Source of the DNA: Myxococcales bacterium
Lineage (GTDB): Bacteria; Desulfobacterota; Binatia; HRBIN30
DNA length: 64,000 nt
Assembly (NCBI GenBank): GCA_037445065.1
Contig: JBBILD010000001.1
Span: forward strand, 160,001-224,000
Direction: 5' to 3'
The notes beneath the pieces are model-generated. The model saw only the letters and a list, made by a program, of their open reading frames with translations, ran no database searches and was not told where the DNA came from. The position numbers and the translations under genes are program-made. Position 1 is the first letter of the stretch; each line of letters starts with the position of its first letter. Below are positions 19,220 to 30,542 of this stretch, piece after piece.

Positions 19220-20632
19220 TCAGCGGATCTTATACCAGCCGTCCATGTAGTCCTTCATTGCTTCGGCGATGAAGGTGCGGTCCGGCAGCGTGTTGGCCAT
19301 ACCGTAGATCGGTGCTTGCCCGCCGGAAACGTCGGGATGTTTGCGCACGAACTCCACCGATTCACGAAGATCGTCGAGAAAGCGCTCCGCAACCCCCGGC
19401 TCGGTGTGGCGCAGCGTGACACACAAGTGCAGGCTGGGTGGGCGTTGTAATCCGTTCAAACTCCAGCCTCGATCCGCCATCGCGTCGAGGACTTTGTAAA
19501 TGTCGAGTTCGTGGGTGGCGAACGCGATCACGAACAAGGGGTCGCCCAGCACGTACAACTCGGGAATGGAGGAGATCCCGGCCTTGATCGTTGTGGCGGT
19601 CTCCAGAATGCGGCGGGTAGCCTCTAGGTAACCTTCTTCTCCGAAGGACACGAGTGCTGCCCAGCAGGCGGCGCTCAGACCGCCTGGGCGACTGCCCGCA
19701 AAGGTTGGCGAGCAGTACAAACCACCGGGCCAATCAGTCGCGGTGAAGTATTGGTATCGGCGCAGCTCCCGGCCGCGGTACAGAATCACCGACGTTCCCT
19801 TCGCCGCGTAACCGAACTTGTGTGTGTCCACTGAAATCGAGGTGACCCCAGGCAGTCGGAAGTCGAACGGGGGAACCGGATAGCCGAGACGTTCTGCCCA
19901 CGGGAGTACGAAGCCTCCCAGACAAGCGTCCGTATGAAAGCCGATACCGTGTTGGCGAGCGATTTCGGAGAGTTCCGCGATCGGGTCCACAATCCCATGC
20001 GGAAAGGGCGGCGCCGATCCGACCATGACGATCGTGTTCGGGGTAATGGCAGCGGCCATGGCTTGCACGTCGGCACGCCAGTCCGGACCGATCGGGATGT
20101 GATGGATTTTGATGCCGAAATACTGCGCAGCCTTGTCGAAGGCGGCGTGCGCCGTCGCCGGCACGATCATTTCCGGGTGCTCGATGCCGCGCTTTTCGCG
20201 CGCATAATCGCGATACGTTTTGATCGCCAGCAGAATGCTCTCCGTACCTCCGGAGGTCACCGTGCCAACGATTTCCCCGTCAGAGCCCGGTTCTGTGCCG
20301 GGAACTCCAGCTCCGAGCATGCGCGCAGTCATGGCCACGATCTCGGACTCGAACTTGACCGCGCTGGGCCAGAGGTCCACGTGCAAGGGGTTGGATTGCG
20401 AATGCAGTGCGTACGCTTGGTTGAGAAATTCGACGTGCTCGTCCGCCCCATTGTACACAGCACCGGAGGCGTACCCTGCCTTCCAGCGCGCTTCCTCCAA
20501 CTCCTTCATCTCGCGCAGGATGCACAGGATCTCGGCTCGGGGCAGGCCCTTTTCTGGTAACCGATCGAAGACTGGGAAGCGCTCGCGATAACTGTGCAGG
20601 TCGACCTTGATAGGCTTCTTCTCGCTGGCCAT
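19220..20632 (-). CDS. Sphingosine-1-phosphate lyase-like PLP enzyme
   Basis: [46 protein letters not shown]. Confidence 0.88.
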   Translation of the reverse strand: MASEKKPIKVDLHSYRERFPVFDRLPEKGLPRAEILCILREMKELEEARWKAGYASGAVYNGADEHVEFLNQAYALHSQSNPLHVDLWPSAVKFESEIVAMTARMLGAGVPGTEPGSDGEIVGTVTSGGTESILLAIKTYRDYAREKRGIEHPEMIVPATAHAAFDKAAQYFGIKIHHIPIGPDWRADVQAMAAAITPNTIVMVGSAPPFPHGIVDPIAELSEIARQHGIGFHTDACLGGFVLPWAERLGYPVPPFDFRLPGVTSISVDTHKFGYAAKGTSVILYRGRELRRYQYFTATDWPGGLYCSPTFAGSRPGGLSAACWAALVSFGEEGYLEATRRILETATTIKAGISSIPELYVLGDPLFVIAFATHELDIYKVLDAMADRGWSLNGLQRPPSLHLCVTLRHTEPGVAERFLDDLRESVEFVRKHPDVSGGQAPIYGMANTLPDRTFIAEAMKDYMDGWYKIR

Positions 20633-20681
20633 GGGCCGCCCTCTAGCGCAGTGCCGCGCACAAGGCGAGCCGACCGCAGCT

Positions 20682-21785
20682 TCAACCTAGACTCGGCAAT
20701 AGGCAAGAATGAATGCTCGCTTCGCCCTCGACTTCTCCGGCCAGTGTGCGAATGGCCAACTCCGCTTGCGCGAGAGGGAAATCATGGGTGTGCATTCTTT
20801 CGATGGGCACAGTTCCAGATTCGATGAGCCGGATCGCGTTTTGATACGACCGGCTGGTGACCCCGAGGGTGCCGAAGATTTGTAACTCCTTGGCAACGAC
20901 CAGGTCGCTGACAAAGTTCGGTACTGGGCGAAAACCCTTGACGCCGGCTAGCACCACCCGTCCCCCTGGCGCGGCGTAGTACAGCGCCTCGGCCACCGGC
21001 TCGGGAGAGTATGACGTAACCTCGACGACCACATCGGCTCCCTTGCCGTTCGTGTACTCGGCTACCAGAGCGCGCACGTCCTGCGATTCCACGTCAATGG
21101 TGTGGTCTGCTCCGAATTGCCGCGCAAGCTCGAGCTTTTGTGCATCTCGGCTCAGGCCCGTGACAATGATCTTCCCGGCTCCGGCCGCGCGTGCCGCAAT
21201 CACGCTCGCCAGACCACGCTGCCCCGGGCCGAGGATCAACACCGTATCGCCGGGCCGTGTGTTGGGTACTTCGACGGCCCAGCGGAACCCAGCCCCGAGC
21301 GGATTGAACAACGCGGCAACACTGGCCGGTAGGTCCTTGCGGATCGGGTGCACGATCGCACAAGGGTGCAGGTACAGATAATCCGCATAGGCACCCCAGA
21401 GACCGGGCGGATGCGAGAGGGGAATGTACGAGTACCCGAACAGTCCCCCGCGTCCGCGGCAAAGCTGGTAACGTCCTTGCCGACACGCGCCACAAAACTG
21501 GCAGGGGATGAGCACTTCGACGCAGACACGGTCCCCGACATCCACTCCCCACCGACGGGCCGCCCGTTCGCCAATCGCTTCAATGGTGCCAACAGGCTCG
21601 TGTCCTGGGATGAGCGGGAAACGCACGGGTAAGGTCCCGGTATACTGCTCGACGTCGCTTCCGCAGATGCCGCATGCCTCGACTCTGAGCAGAGCGCTCT
21701 CGGCATCGATCTCGGGCACGGGTAGCTCGCGCAGTTCCAACTGGCGTGGTCCGGTTTGCACGATCGCGCGGGTCGTTCGAGGCAT
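20682..21785 (-). CDS. Zn-dependent alcohol dehydrogenase (MDR)
   Basis: [31 protein letters not shown]. Confidence 0.9.
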   Translation of the reverse strand: MPRTTRAIVQTGPRQLELRELPVPEIDAESALLRVEACGICGSDVEQYTGTLPVRFPLIPGHEPVGTIEAIGERAARRWGVDVGDRVCVEVLIPCQFCGACRQGRYQLCRGRGGLFGYSYIPLSHPPGLWGAYADYLYLHPCAIVHPIRKDLPASVAALFNPLGAGFRWAVEVPNTRPGDTVLILGPGQRGLASVIAARAAGAGKIIVTGLSRDAQKLELARQFGADHTIDVESQDVRALVAEYTNGKGADVVVEVTSYSPEPVAEALYYAAPGGRVVLAGVKGFRPVPNFVSDLVVAKELQIFGTLGVTSRSYQNAIRLIESGTVPIERMHTHDFPLAQAELAIRTLAGEVEGEASIHSCLLPSLG

Positions 21786-21809
21786 GGCGCCAAACCAAAG
21801 TGTTGCTGC

Positions 21810-21839
21810 CTTTTACCGGATAGGAAACTTTGTTGTCAA
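21810..21839 (-). promoter_or_regulatory. Putative sigma-70 promoter for ADH-S1P lyase-hisN
   Basis: Minus strand TTGACA-N18-TAAAAG, about 25 nt before the ATG. Confidence 0.35.
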
Positions 21840-22046
21840 TCCGAAACGACCCCCAATCGAGCGGGTGACGCCAACGGTTGCAGGAGAGAGCCTACCACGG
21901 CGAGTGCTGTGCCGCCGATCATCCTGCACGTCGGACGCCGCGCTCGTTGACAGCGGCGCTGTTTTGCGGTCACCTGCGAGATCGCGAAACGGAGAACAAA
22001 GAGCGGCGCAGCGTGTCAGGAGCGCCTTTGCAGACGGAGGCAAGTC

Positions 22047-22799
22047 ATGCAGCGATTTACTGGGAAAGTGGCGTTGATCACAGGGGCGGGCTCCGGAATC
22101 GGCCGAGCCACGGCAGTGCGGCTCGCCTCTGAAGGCGCACAGGTGTTTTGTACCGATGTGAACGAGGTGGGCTTGGCGGAAACGCTGGCTGAGATTCGCG
22201 AAACAGGCGGGGAGGCTACCGCAGAGTGGTGCGACGTGAGTCAGGTGGATGCCGCGAGACGAAGTGTCGCGCGTTGTCTAGACCGCTACGGCGGCCTCGA
22301 CGTTCTCGCCAACATTGCCGGTATCGGCCGCTTCCAGCACACACTCGAAGCCAGCGTGGATGAATGGAATCGCACGCTGGCGGTGAATCTTTCCGGCACC
22401 TTCTTCATGTGTCAGGCCGCGCTGCCTGCACTGCTCGAGCGCCGGGGCGCGATCATCAATATGGCCAGTTCCGCGGGCTTGATCGGCCAGGCTTACAGTG
22501 CCGCATACTGTGCGTCGAAAGGCGGCGTGGTGCAACTCACAAAAGCGCTCGCGGTGGAGTTTGCGCGTCGCGGGTTGCGCGTTAACTGCGTGTGCCCCGG
22601 GGGGATTGACACCCCGTTGCTTTCTGGGTTTCGCCCACCGGAGGGTGCCGATTTAGCGCTGATTCAGCGACTCAAGCTGGTAGACGAGCGCGGCGACCCA
22701 AAAGCGGTGGCGGCAGCGGTTGCCTACTTGGCTTCCGAAGAAGCGCGCTACGTCAACGGTGCCGTACTTTCCGTGGATGGGGGACTGGTCGTCTCCTGA
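22047..22799 (+). CDS. Short-chain dehydrogenase/reductase
   Basis: TGAGSGIG, NIAG, YCASKGG, VDGG. Confidence 0.93.
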   Translation: MQRFTGKVALITGAGSGIGRATAVRLASEGAQVFCTDVNEVGLAETLAEIRETGGEATAEWCDVSQVDAARRSVARCLDRYGGLDVLANIAGIGRFQHTLEASVDEWNRTLAVNLSGTFFMCQAALPALLERRGAIINMASSAGLIGQAYSAAYCASKGGVVQLTKALAVEFARRGLRVNCVCPGGIDTPLLSGFRPPEGADLALIQRLKLVDERGDPKAVAAAVAYLASEEARYVNGAVLSVDGGLVVS

Positions 22800-22823
22800 G
22801 GAAGGAACGGCCCGTACTTGGAA

Positions 22824-23165
22824 TTACGAGTCGCGCTTTGCCGGTGTGTACACCGGTACGGGGAACGGGGTGACCTTTCCTCCTCCCTCCGCAGCCGCCA
22901 AGATCTTGCTTGCCCCGCGTTTCTCTACGGCGTCGATGCGCACGATCGCATGAACTGGGATGTAGGTTCGTTCCGCGCCCTCGAACTCATGCCGCAGAGC
23001 CTCCTCGCTCGGGTCTACAACCACTTGCGAACGCTCGCCGAAGAGGAGGCCTTCCACCTCGATGAAACCAAACAGCGCCGACTGACTCACGCTTTTCGCG
23101 TACAGCTCGTACACGCGCCCTTGGTTGTGGAACAGAATGCGGTACACGAGCTTTTTGTGCGCCAT
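22824..23165 (-). CDS. DUF1820-like protein
   Basis: YRILFHNQGRVYELYA, FGFIEVE, VVDPSEE, YIPVHAIVRID; GGAGG SD. Confidence 0.8.
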   Translation of the reverse strand: MAHKKLVYRILFHNQGRVYELYAKSVSQSALFGFIEVEGLLFGERSQVVVDPSEEALRHEFEGAERTYIPVHAIVRIDAVEKRGASKILAAAEGGGKVTPFPVPVYTPAKRDS

Positions 23166-23257
23166 GGCCTCTCCAATAAACACGCCCTTGCCGTTCGGCA
23201 ACCGTGACGTTCCGCTCGGGTGAGATGCCTGCTGGTCCTGCGGCAAGGGCGAGGCTG

Positions 23258-24256
23258 TCAGGAGGCCGAGGTCTGTAGGAAGCCCAAGCAGCTTGTGCGT
23301 TCGAGCAGCTCGAGCAAGTCAGGTGCCTGAGGTGACCGAGCGAAGCGCTGGCGCAGGACGTTGAGCGACTTTGCGTGGTATTTCTGGGGAGCTTGCACGA
23401 AACGCTGCCCCAAGATTTCCACTTCGAACTCATTCTTGCCCGTTCGCAGGGCCTGCTCGTTCGCAACCGTCCACGGCACAAAGGTCGTGCCGATTTCGTC
23501 TCGCAAAAGCGGAACGAGAGCGGGGGCGAGTACCGAGAAAGACTCCCAGGCGCCTTCGACTCGCGGCGATTGCATACGTTCGATCCAAGCGAGCACGGAG
23601 GGCGCTTTTTGTCGCAGCAAGGCGCCGGGTGTGGGATCTGTGGAGCACTCGTATAACTGGCCAAAGAGGCCAAAGTCCGCCAAGCTCGGCCGCTTTCCGA
23701 AAAGGTACGGCCGGTCCCGCAAAAGGTTCTCCAGCAGCTCGAGTAGGCGGGTGTAGGAACCCTCAATGACCTCTCGGGTCGCTTCCGATGAGCCGACAAA
23801 CGAAAGGCGGCGCACCATGCGGTCGCGGATCATGGCGATGGCGGTAGCGGGGTCCGCATCAGGCATCATGGTGGCAGCGAGTTTCGCTGCGGCCGCTTCC
23901 GCATCGGCCGGGTATTGCCAGCGATAGTGAAACATGGGCTTGTTCACCCACTCGTCGGCGTATTCCTCGATCAATGCTGAAAGAAACGCCAGACGCGGAT
24001 CCTCAGGAACAATGCTCGGCTCTGAGAATTGTGCTTCCAACACTTCGATGATTGGCGTCGAGTCCTGCAGGACCTCCCCGCTCGGAGTTACCACGAGCGG
24101 GATCAGAGGGAGTTTCGCGTGTTTTTGGAATTCTTCCTCTGTGTGAGCACCGCGCACGATCCACTCGTGCGCGAGCCCTTTGAAACGGAAGTACGCGCGA
24201 ACCTTCACCGAGTACGGAGACAACTCGTGCCCAAACAAACGGTATAGAGAAGCCAT
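23258..24256 (-). CDS. Glutathione S-transferase family protein
   Basis: SPYSVKVR, LIPLV, QDSTPI, PSLADF. Confidence 0.88.
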   Translation of the reverse strand: MASLYRLFGHELSPYSVKVRAYFRFKGLAHEWIVRGAHTEEEFQKHAKLPLIPLVVTPSGEVLQDSTPIIEVLEAQFSEPSIVPEDPRLAFLSALIEEYADEWVNKPMFHYRWQYPADAEAAAAKLAATMMPDADPATAIAMIRDRMVRRLSFVGSSEATREVIEGSYTRLLELLENLLRDRPYLFGKRPSLADFGLFGQLYECSTDPTPGALLRQKAPSVLAWIERMQSPRVEGAWESFSVLAPALVPLLRDEIGTTFVPWTVANEQALRTGKNEFEVEILGQRFVQAPQKYHAKSLNVLRQRFARSPQAPDLLELLERTSCLGFLQTSAS

Positions 24257-24322
24257 GCTCGTGCCCTTAGCCAGTTTGCCGCCTGTTTGGCTAGCCGGGA
24301 AAGAACAAGCCTGAGCTGAGGC

Positions 24323-25318
24323 TTACCTTTTCACCGTTGTTGGCCGGCGAGCGGTATTGTTCGAGACGTCGGGGTCGCCCGGGTAAACGAGACTGGCCAC
24401 GTTGGTAACCGAGGGGTACGCCTCGCTCCCAACCTGAACTGTGAGCGACAGGGTCGTGGCGCTGCCCGCCGCGAGAGTACCCGCAAACGAGCACTGCACC
24501 ACGTTGTTGCTCACCGCGCAGCTCCAATCTGCTCCCGAAGCGCTGCTCAGCGACAAACCCCGGGGCAGGCTGTCGACCAGAGTGATCGGAACGTTGGTCG
24601 CGTTCGGACCGAGGTTGGTGACCGTCAAACGGTACGTGCCCGTGCGACTCACGAAGAATGCTGCTGCCACTGTCTTGCTCAGCGCAAGGTTCGTAGTGGC
24701 GGGGACGGGGGTCGCGGTGGCGCTGGCCGTGGCCGTGACCGAGGGTGTGGGTGAAATTGTGGGCGACAGGGTGCGGCTCGGTGTCGGCGTCGGTACACCA
24801 GGACGGAGGGTGGCCGTTGGCGTCCAAGTCGGGATCGGACGGCGAGACGGGCGCACGCTGGTGACCTTTTGCGTCACGTTGTTCGTGGCGCGCGTGTCCC
24901 CACCATAACGAAGGGTGAACTGGGTGACGGCGCGAGGAACCGCTGGCGAGTCCACGCTCACGAATATCGTAAAGGTACTGGTGCGACCGGCAACCAGCGC
25001 CTGAGTGTTGGTGCAGGACACACCGGCGCTGGTCGGGTTGCAACTCCACGCTCCGCTGGATGAGGTGAAAGCAAGGCCGGGTGCCAGCCTAGCTTCGAGG
25101 GTGACCGCCGCATCGGTGGTCGCAGGGCCATTGTTTGCAACGGAAACCACGTATCGGCCCGGCATACCGACGGCAAACGAGGCTGCCGTGACCCGAACTG
25201 CCAGATCAGTGGCCGCCGCTTGGGCTAGGGCTTTTTCGGACAGAAGGTCCGAACTTAAAAGCCAGGTCCCAATCAACAACATCCAGCGACCCTGCCAAAG
25301 CGCATTTGCTCTGCCCAT
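24323..25318 (-). CDS. Secreted protein with two DUF11 (Ig-like) domains joined by a PT linker
   Basis: Signal peptide; two units D/NLA..Y.L/V.V.N.GP..T...LP.GL...W.C...C...NN; central TPTATL..TPTPS linker. Confidence 0.82.
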   Translation of the reverse strand: MGRANALWQGRWMLLIGTWLLSSDLLSEKALAQAAATDLAVRVTAASFAVGMPGRYVVSVANNGPATTDAAVTLEARLAPGLAFTSSSGAWSCNPTSAGVSCTNTQALVAGRTSTFTIFVSVDSPAVPRAVTQFTLRYGGDTRATNNVTQKVTSVRPSRRPIPTWTPTATLRPGVPTPTPSRTLSPTISPTPSVTATASATATPVPATTNLALSKTVAAAFFVSRTGTYRLTVTNLGPNATNVPITLVDSLPRGLSLSSASGADWSCAVSNNVVQCSFAGTLAAGSATTLSLTVQVGSEAYPSVTNVASLVYPGDPDVSNNTARRPTTVKR

Positions 25319-25471
25319 CGTGCCCTCCCGTTGCGAGCGACCATCGAGGATGGCTGCTCTTTGCGTCCTCTACAGCCGGCTCCGCTACGAAGCAAGCACG
25401 AGATTTTCGGCTCGGTTGCGCTCTAGCCCCGGGCCCCTTATGAAACTGCCATCGGACGCAAGGGGAAAGCC

Positions 25472-25840
25472 ATGCCGATTTACGAATACCGTTGTCGGAA
25501 GTGCCGCCGGCGCTTTAGCGTGCTGACCCTGCGCGTGAGCGAGAAGGTGGAGCCGCGCTGCGAGCACTGCGGCTCGGCGGAAGCCGATCGCCTCATGTCG
25601 CGCTTTGCCATGCCAAAGTCGGAAGAGGCGAGGTTGGACGCTTTGGCGGATCCTTCGCGGTTCGGGGACCTGGACGAGAACGACCCTAAGAGCTTGGCGC
25701 GCTGGATGCGTTCGGTCGGAAAAGAGATGGGGGAAGAGTTCTCGGGCGATGAATTCGATGCAATGGTGGACGAGCTGGAAAGTGGCGGCGCGGAAAAGGA
25801 TAGCGAAGAGGTCTCCGGAACCGACTCGGAAGACTTCTGA
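25472..25840 (+). CDS. FmdB-family zinc-ribbon protein
   Basis: MPIYEYRCRKC...CEHCGS, acidic C-terminus. Confidence 0.9.
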   Translation: MPIYEYRCRKCRRRFSVLTLRVSEKVEPRCEHCGSAEADRLMSRFAMPKSEEARLDALADPSRFGDLDENDPKSLARWMRSVGKEMGEEFSGDEFDAMVDELESGGAEKDSEEVSGTDSEDF

Positions 25841-26099
25841 ACCCGGTAGACTGCTCGCGCCGGGCTGAACTCAGGCCGTTGAGAGTAGCACGCGGGCTTG
25901 TGGTGCTGTACACCGAGGACACCGCCATCCCTCGGATTCGCCGAGAACGAGCGAGAGATCTTCGCAGCGTGACCTCCGCGTGTGCAAAACCCACCCGGGG
26001 CTCGACCCGGACCGTAAGTAGCCTTGCCTGTGTGGCCTCTTGCTCGGTGGCGCGGGAAGTTGATTGCTCGCCGGACCCGGACTGCGCAGCGATGGGATC

Positions 26100-26597
26100 C
26101 TACTGAGAACTCAAGTGCTCCGGCCTCTCCGCGAGCAAAACGATGGCAGTGGCAGAGATCGCCTCACCACGGCCGATGGCGTCCACGCCTTCGTTCGTTT
26201 TTGCTTTCACGCTCACCTGAGTGATGGGGATGCCGAGTAAGTCGGCGATGCGGTTGCGGATCGCATGGCGGTGTGGTGCCAGCTTTGGGGCCTCTGCGCA
26301 AACCGTGATGTCCACGTTGACCACTGACCATCCTTCTTGATCGATGAGCGCCGCCACCCGTTTCACAAGTTCGCTGCTGGGTGTTCCTAGAAAACGCTCG
26401 TCCGTGTCCGGAAAGTGCTGGCCAATGTCGCCCAACGCCAGTGCCCCGAGGAGAGCGTCGCATAATGCGTGCAGGACGACATCGCCGTCCGAGTGGCCCA
26501 GCAAACCGAGGTCAAATGGGATGGCAACGCCTCCGAGGTACAGCGCTCGGCCGCTGACCAGCCGGTGCAGGTCGTAGCCGTGTCCTACGCGCAGCAT
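26100..26597 (-). CDS. ispF: 2-C-methyl-D-erythritol 2,4-cyclodiphosphate synthase
   Basis: RVGHGYDLH, GHSDGDVVLHALCDA, GDIGQHFPD, KAKTNEG. Confidence 0.96.
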   Translation of the reverse strand: MLRVGHGYDLHRLVSGRALYLGGVAIPFDLGLLGHSDGDVVLHALCDALLGALALGDIGQHFPDTDERFLGTPSSELVKRVAALIDQEGWSVVNVDITVCAEAPKLAPHRHAIRNRIADLLGIPITQVSVKAKTNEGVDAIGRGEAISATAIVLLAERPEHLSSQ

Positions 26598-26645
26598 GCT
26601 CGTTCGGGTAGCAGGAAAGGCGGGCACCTGGTACGCCCCGACTGC

Positions 26646-27881
26646 TCAGAAAGGAGGCTCTTGCACCGGGGGCGCTGCGAGCCAAAGTGCTCGAATCGCA
26701 GTGCCGGCTTCGACCTGTGCGCAAGACTCGGGCAGAATGGCCAGGGCGTCAGCCAAAGAAAGCGAGCGCAGGACTCCCGAACTTTGGCTTCCTGAGCTCC
26801 GTAAGGAAAACCGACCCGCGTGAACGCGAAGCTGACAGCGCACGAAGTCGGTGAGACCTTCGCTCCCCTCGATCGGTTCCTCCGCTTCGCCCTCCACTAC
26901 GGGCGAGAAGATTTGCTTGGCGCCACTCACGCTCAAAAGCGCCGGTCGCACGTACAGGTAAAAGCAGACCAGCGCGGAGACTGGGTTTCCTGGCAATGCA
27001 AACACAAGTGTGCGACCGCGGGTACCGAAGCTCAGCGGCTTTCCGGGTTTTTGCCGTACCTTCCAAAAAAGCTCCTGCACTCCCAATCGAGCTAGCACCT
27101 GGCGGACCAGGTCGAAGTTTCCCATGGACACTCCGCCTGTGGAAAGCACCACATCGCTGCATTCGAGAGCCGCCTCGAATGGACGGAGGCTGCTCTCCAG
27201 GTCGTCAGGAACGATGCCGAGCAAGCAGGCCTCGCCGCCGGCCTCTCGCACCGCGGCAGCCAGGGCGTAGGCATTGCTGTTGGCGATTTTCCTCCCTTCG
27301 ATCGGTTCTCCGAGGCTCACCAACTCGTTACCCGTGGCGAGCACGCTCACCCGAGGACGGCGAAACACGGTGATGCTCGGCATGCCGAGCGAGGCCAGAA
27401 CGCCGATGTCAGCTGGGCGCAACAGGCGGCCTGCGGGCCACACGACCTCGCCGTCCCGTAAGTCCTCGCCGGCGCGACGAATGTGTTCACCGGGCCGAGG
27501 GGCCCGAAAGACCGCAACCCAACCGTCCCCGACTTGCGTGTCTTCCACCCGGACCACGGCGTCCGCTCCTGCTGGAACGGCGGAACCGGTCATCACCTGC
27601 ACCGCAGTACCAGGAACCACCGCGTGGCTCGCAAGGGAGCCCGCTGGCACCGTCTCGAGCAAGCGGAGGCGTACCGGGGCAGTAGGGGTGGCAGCAGCGA
27701 CGTCGGCGGCACGCACGGCAAAACCGTCCATCGCGCAGTTGTCGAATGGAGGTACGGTTCGGTTGGCGACAAGCGCGCGCGCCAAAACACGCCCGCAAGC
27801 CTGAGCAATGCTGATCTGTTCGGGGCCCACCCGGGCGACACTGGCGAGCACCGTATCGAGCGCCGCCCGCACACTGATCAT
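26646..27881 (-). CDS. moeA: Molybdopterin molybdotransferase
   Basis: PPFDNCAMDGFA, TGNEL, TGGVSMG, KPGKP, LPGNPVS. Confidence 0.95.
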   Translation of the reverse strand: MISVRAALDTVLASVARVGPEQISIAQACGRVLARALVANRTVPPFDNCAMDGFAVRAADVAAATPTAPVRLRLLETVPAGSLASHAVVPGTAVQVMTGSAVPAGADAVVRVEDTQVGDGWVAVFRAPRPGEHIRRAGEDLRDGEVVWPAGRLLRPADIGVLASLGMPSITVFRRPRVSVLATGNELVSLGEPIEGRKIANSNAYALAAAVREAGGEACLLGIVPDDLESSLRPFEAALECSDVVLSTGGVSMGNFDLVRQVLARLGVQELFWKVRQKPGKPLSFGTRGRTLVFALPGNPVSALVCFYLYVRPALLSVSGAKQIFSPVVEGEAEEPIEGSEGLTDFVRCQLRVHAGRFSLRSSGSQSSGVLRSLSLADALAILPESCAQVEAGTAIRALWLAAPPVQEPPF

Positions 27882-27990
27882 GCTCGCTGTTATGGCTGGG
27901 CACCGGCGCTTGTCAACCATCCTGCCTGTGTTAGGGTCCCACGCCGTCTGACGCGCCGCGCAACGGAGCGGCCTCGGACGTGCAGGGCGC

Positions 27991-29064
27991 TTGAGCACGC
28001 AGCTGGAAAACGTCTTGGCGAGCCTCGGAGAGGCGGTCATCCTCACGGATGCGGGGGGTGTGGTATGGTTTTCGAACGCCGCCGCGCAGGAGCTAACCGG
28101 GTATTCCGAAGCTTACCTGCGCGGCCGCCGTTGTGGGGAGATTTTCCCTGCTTCGCCTGCGTTCGATGCTTTGGTGCGGCGCACGTTGCAAACCGGGCAA
28201 TCGCAAGTATGCGGGGAGCTTCTGTTGTCGCTCTCCGATCGCACTGTACCAGTCCGGCTCAGTTGCTCCCCTGTTTGGTCGCCGGATGGAACGCTTCAGG
28301 GAACTGCGATTGTGTTGCAGGACCTCAGTTACCAGCAGAAACTCCAACAAGCTGCACGGCGTAACGAAACGCTGGCTCGCTTGGGCACCTTGGTGGCGGG
28401 GCTTGCGCACGAGATTAAGAATCCGCTCGGTGGCATTCGCGGCGCGGCGCAGTTGCTCGCTCAGCGGTTTCAGTCCGACCCACAGGCCCGTGACTTCACC
28501 GCGGTGATTCTGCGGGAGACGGATCGATTGGTCCGGTTACTCGACCAACTGCTGCAATTCGGCCAGGCTCCTACCCCGAACTTCCAACCAGTGAATGTGC
28601 ACCGGGTCTTGCACGACGTGCTCGAGCTCATGCGCCCAGAACTCGCATCGCTGCGGATTCAGGCTTCTCTGATCGTAGATCCCAGTCTGCCGGAAACGTG
28701 GGGTGATCCCGACCAGCTAACCCAACTCTTCCTGAACTTGATCCGCAATGCGTGCGAGGCGATGCCGGATGGCGGCCGCTTGAAGGTCACGACCAAAATG
28801 GAAACAGATTTCCACATGGCCCTGTCCGAGCGCTCCGGAAAGTTTTTGCGGGTGGAGATTGCCGACTCGGGACCTGGCTTCCCCGAGCACTTGCTCGACC
28901 GCGTCGGGGAGCTGTTTTTCACCACCAAGGCCAAGGGTACCGGCTTGGGGCTGCCGATCTGCCAGCGGATCGTCGCTAGCCACGGTGGCGACTTGCGTTT
29001 CGGAAACGCTCCCTGTGGGGGCGCTGTGGTGGTGGTGCACCTGCCTGTGGGAGACGGCACATGA
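27991..29064 (+). CDS. ntrB: PAS-domain sensor histidine kinase, NtrB-like
   Basis: [46 protein letters not shown]. Confidence 0.85.
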   Translation: MSTQLENVLASLGEAVILTDAGGVVWFSNAAAQELTGYSEAYLRGRRCGEIFPASPAFDALVRRTLQTGQSQVCGELLLSLSDRTVPVRLSCSPVWSPDGTLQGTAIVLQDLSYQQKLQQAARRNETLARLGTLVAGLAHEIKNPLGGIRGAAQLLAQRFQSDPQARDFTAVILRETDRLVRLLDQLLQFGQAPTPNFQPVNVHRVLHDVLELMRPELASLRIQASLIVDPSLPETWGDPDQLTQLFLNLIRNACEAMPDGGRLKVTTKMETDFHMALSERSGKFLRVEIADSGPGFPEHLLDRVGELFFTTKAKGTGLGLPICQRIVASHGGDLRFGNAPCGGAVVVVHLPVGDGT

Positions 29065-30542
29065 GTTTGGAAAGAGCCCGGATCTTGGTCGCGGACGATG
29101 AAGAGTCCCTGCGCTGGGTGCTGCAGCAGGCTTTGTCGGCTCAGGGCCACGAGGTAGAGACGGTTGACAACGGCAACGAAGCTTGGGAGCGATTGCGGTC
29201 TGGGAGGTTCGATCTCGCCCTGGTGGATATTCGCATGCCGGGCATGGACGGCTTGAGCCTGCTCACCCGCCTGCGGGAAGAGGGCGCCGACACGGCAGTG
29301 ATCGTAATTACGGCCCAGAACACGATGGCCAACGCCATCGAGGCCATGAAGCGTGGGGCCTTTGACTACGTGACCAAACCGTTCGACCTGGACGAGCTTG
29401 CGATTCTGGTTCAGCGCGCTTGGGAGACCCGCCGCCGCACTCAGGAACTGGCACGACTCGAGGAGGACCATCGCCGGCGCTTCGAGTTGGGGGTCGAAAT
29501 CGTCGGCACGACTCCGGTCATGCAGGAAATCTTCAAGACCATCGGCCGGGTCGCACCTACGGACGCCACCGTCCTCCTGCAAGGAGAAAGCGGCACGGGA
29601 AAGGAACTGATCGCGCGCGCGATCCACGCACACTCTCGGCGTTGGAGTGGTCCGTTCGTGGCGCTGAACTGCTCCGCCGTGCCGCGGGACCTGCTCGAGA
29701 GCGAGCTGTTCGGACACGAGCGTGGCGCCTTCACCGGTGCAGTGGAGCAGCGCGCTGGTGTTTTCGAGGCGGCTAGCGGTGGAACGCTGTTCCTGGATGA
29801 GATCGGGGACATGCCGCTCGAGCTGCAGGTCAAGCTCCTCCGGGTGGTTCAGGAGCGCGAGTTTTCCCGAGTTGGAGGACGGGAAGTGATTCGCGCGGAC
29901 GTGCGTTTGGTTGCCGCGACCAACCAAAACCTGGAGCGCGCGGTTCAGCAGGGTCGCTTCCGAGAAGACTTGTACTTTCGATTGAATGTAGTGCGGATTC
30001 AGGTGCCTCCGTTGCGGCAGCGACGCGCAGACATCCCAGAGTTGGTCCGTTATTTCCTCGAAAAAATTCGGCGCGAATTGGGTACCCAGGTCACCGCGGT
30101 TTCGAGCGAGGCGATGGCGTTGCTGGTTGAGCACCCCTGGCCTGGCAACGTTCGGGAGCTGGAGAACACGCTGGTGCGCGCAGCCGTGTTGGCACCGGGC
30201 CCAGTGTTGATGCCGCACGATTTGCATTTGGGGGGAAGTGCCCGACCCGCGGCTGAAGACTTGGGCGGGCAGTCGGTAGAGCAGGCGGTGCGCGCGCGGC
30301 TGTCCGAGCTGTTCGAGCAAAGCCCCCCTCCTGGTCCGCGCAACCTCTATGCCTGGCTCCTGGCCCAGGTCGAGAAACCGTTACTTGAATTTGTCCTGGA
30401 AAAAACTGACGGGAACCAGCTCCGCGCTGCATCTCTGCTAGGAATCAACCGCAATACGCTTCACAAAAAGATTCAGCAGTTGCGGATCCCCTTGCGGCGA
30501 GAGCGCGGAAGCGGTGACTCGGGTGAGTTGGGCTCGATGTGA
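29061..30542 (+). CDS. ntrC: Sigma-54 response regulator, NtrC-like
   Basis: Receiver domain, [35 protein letters not shown] overlap with the kinase. Confidence 0.85.
   Translation: MSLERARILVADDEESLRWVLQQALSAQGHEVETVDNGNEAWERLRSGRFDLALVDIRMPGMDGLSLLTRLREEGADTAVIVITAQNTMANAIEAMKRGAFDYVTKPFDLDELAILVQRAWETRRRTQELARLEEDHRRRFELGVEIVGTTPVMQEIFKTIGRVAPTDATVLLQGESGTGKELIARAIHAHSRRWSGPFVALNCSAVPRDLLESELFGHERGAFTGAVEQRAGVFEAASGGTLFLDEIGDMPLELQVKLLRVVQEREFSRVGGREVIRADVRLVAATNQNLERAVQQGRFREDLYFRLNVVRIQVPPLRQRRADIPELVRYFLEKIRRELGTQVTAVSSEAMALLVEHPWPGNVRELENTLVRAAVLAPGPVLMPHDLHLGGSARPAAEDLGGQSVEQAVRARLSELFEQSPPPGPRNLYAWLLAQVEKPLLEFVLEKTDGNQLRAASLLGINRNTLHKKIQQLRIPLRRERGSGDSGELGSM

Noticed and set aside
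25686..26102. Open frame continuing past the ispF TAG (readthrough or pyrrolysine idea)
   Set aside because: IspF is complete at the stop; the extension is not protein-like and runs antisense into the FmdB gene; such frames are expected by chance at high GC
26100..26597. ispF without an adjacent ispD
   Set aside because: Separation of ispD and ispF occurs in many genomes; ispD may lie outside the window
27881..27916. Leaderless moeA transcript (TTGACA with CATAAC ending near the ATG)
   Set aside because: The -10 match is too weak to support without transcription start data
28659..30320. Long antisense ORFs (553 aa here; also 6857-7975, 42980-43930 and similar)
   Set aside because: Shadow frames opposite well-supported genes, typical of GC-rich codon bias, with no family motifs
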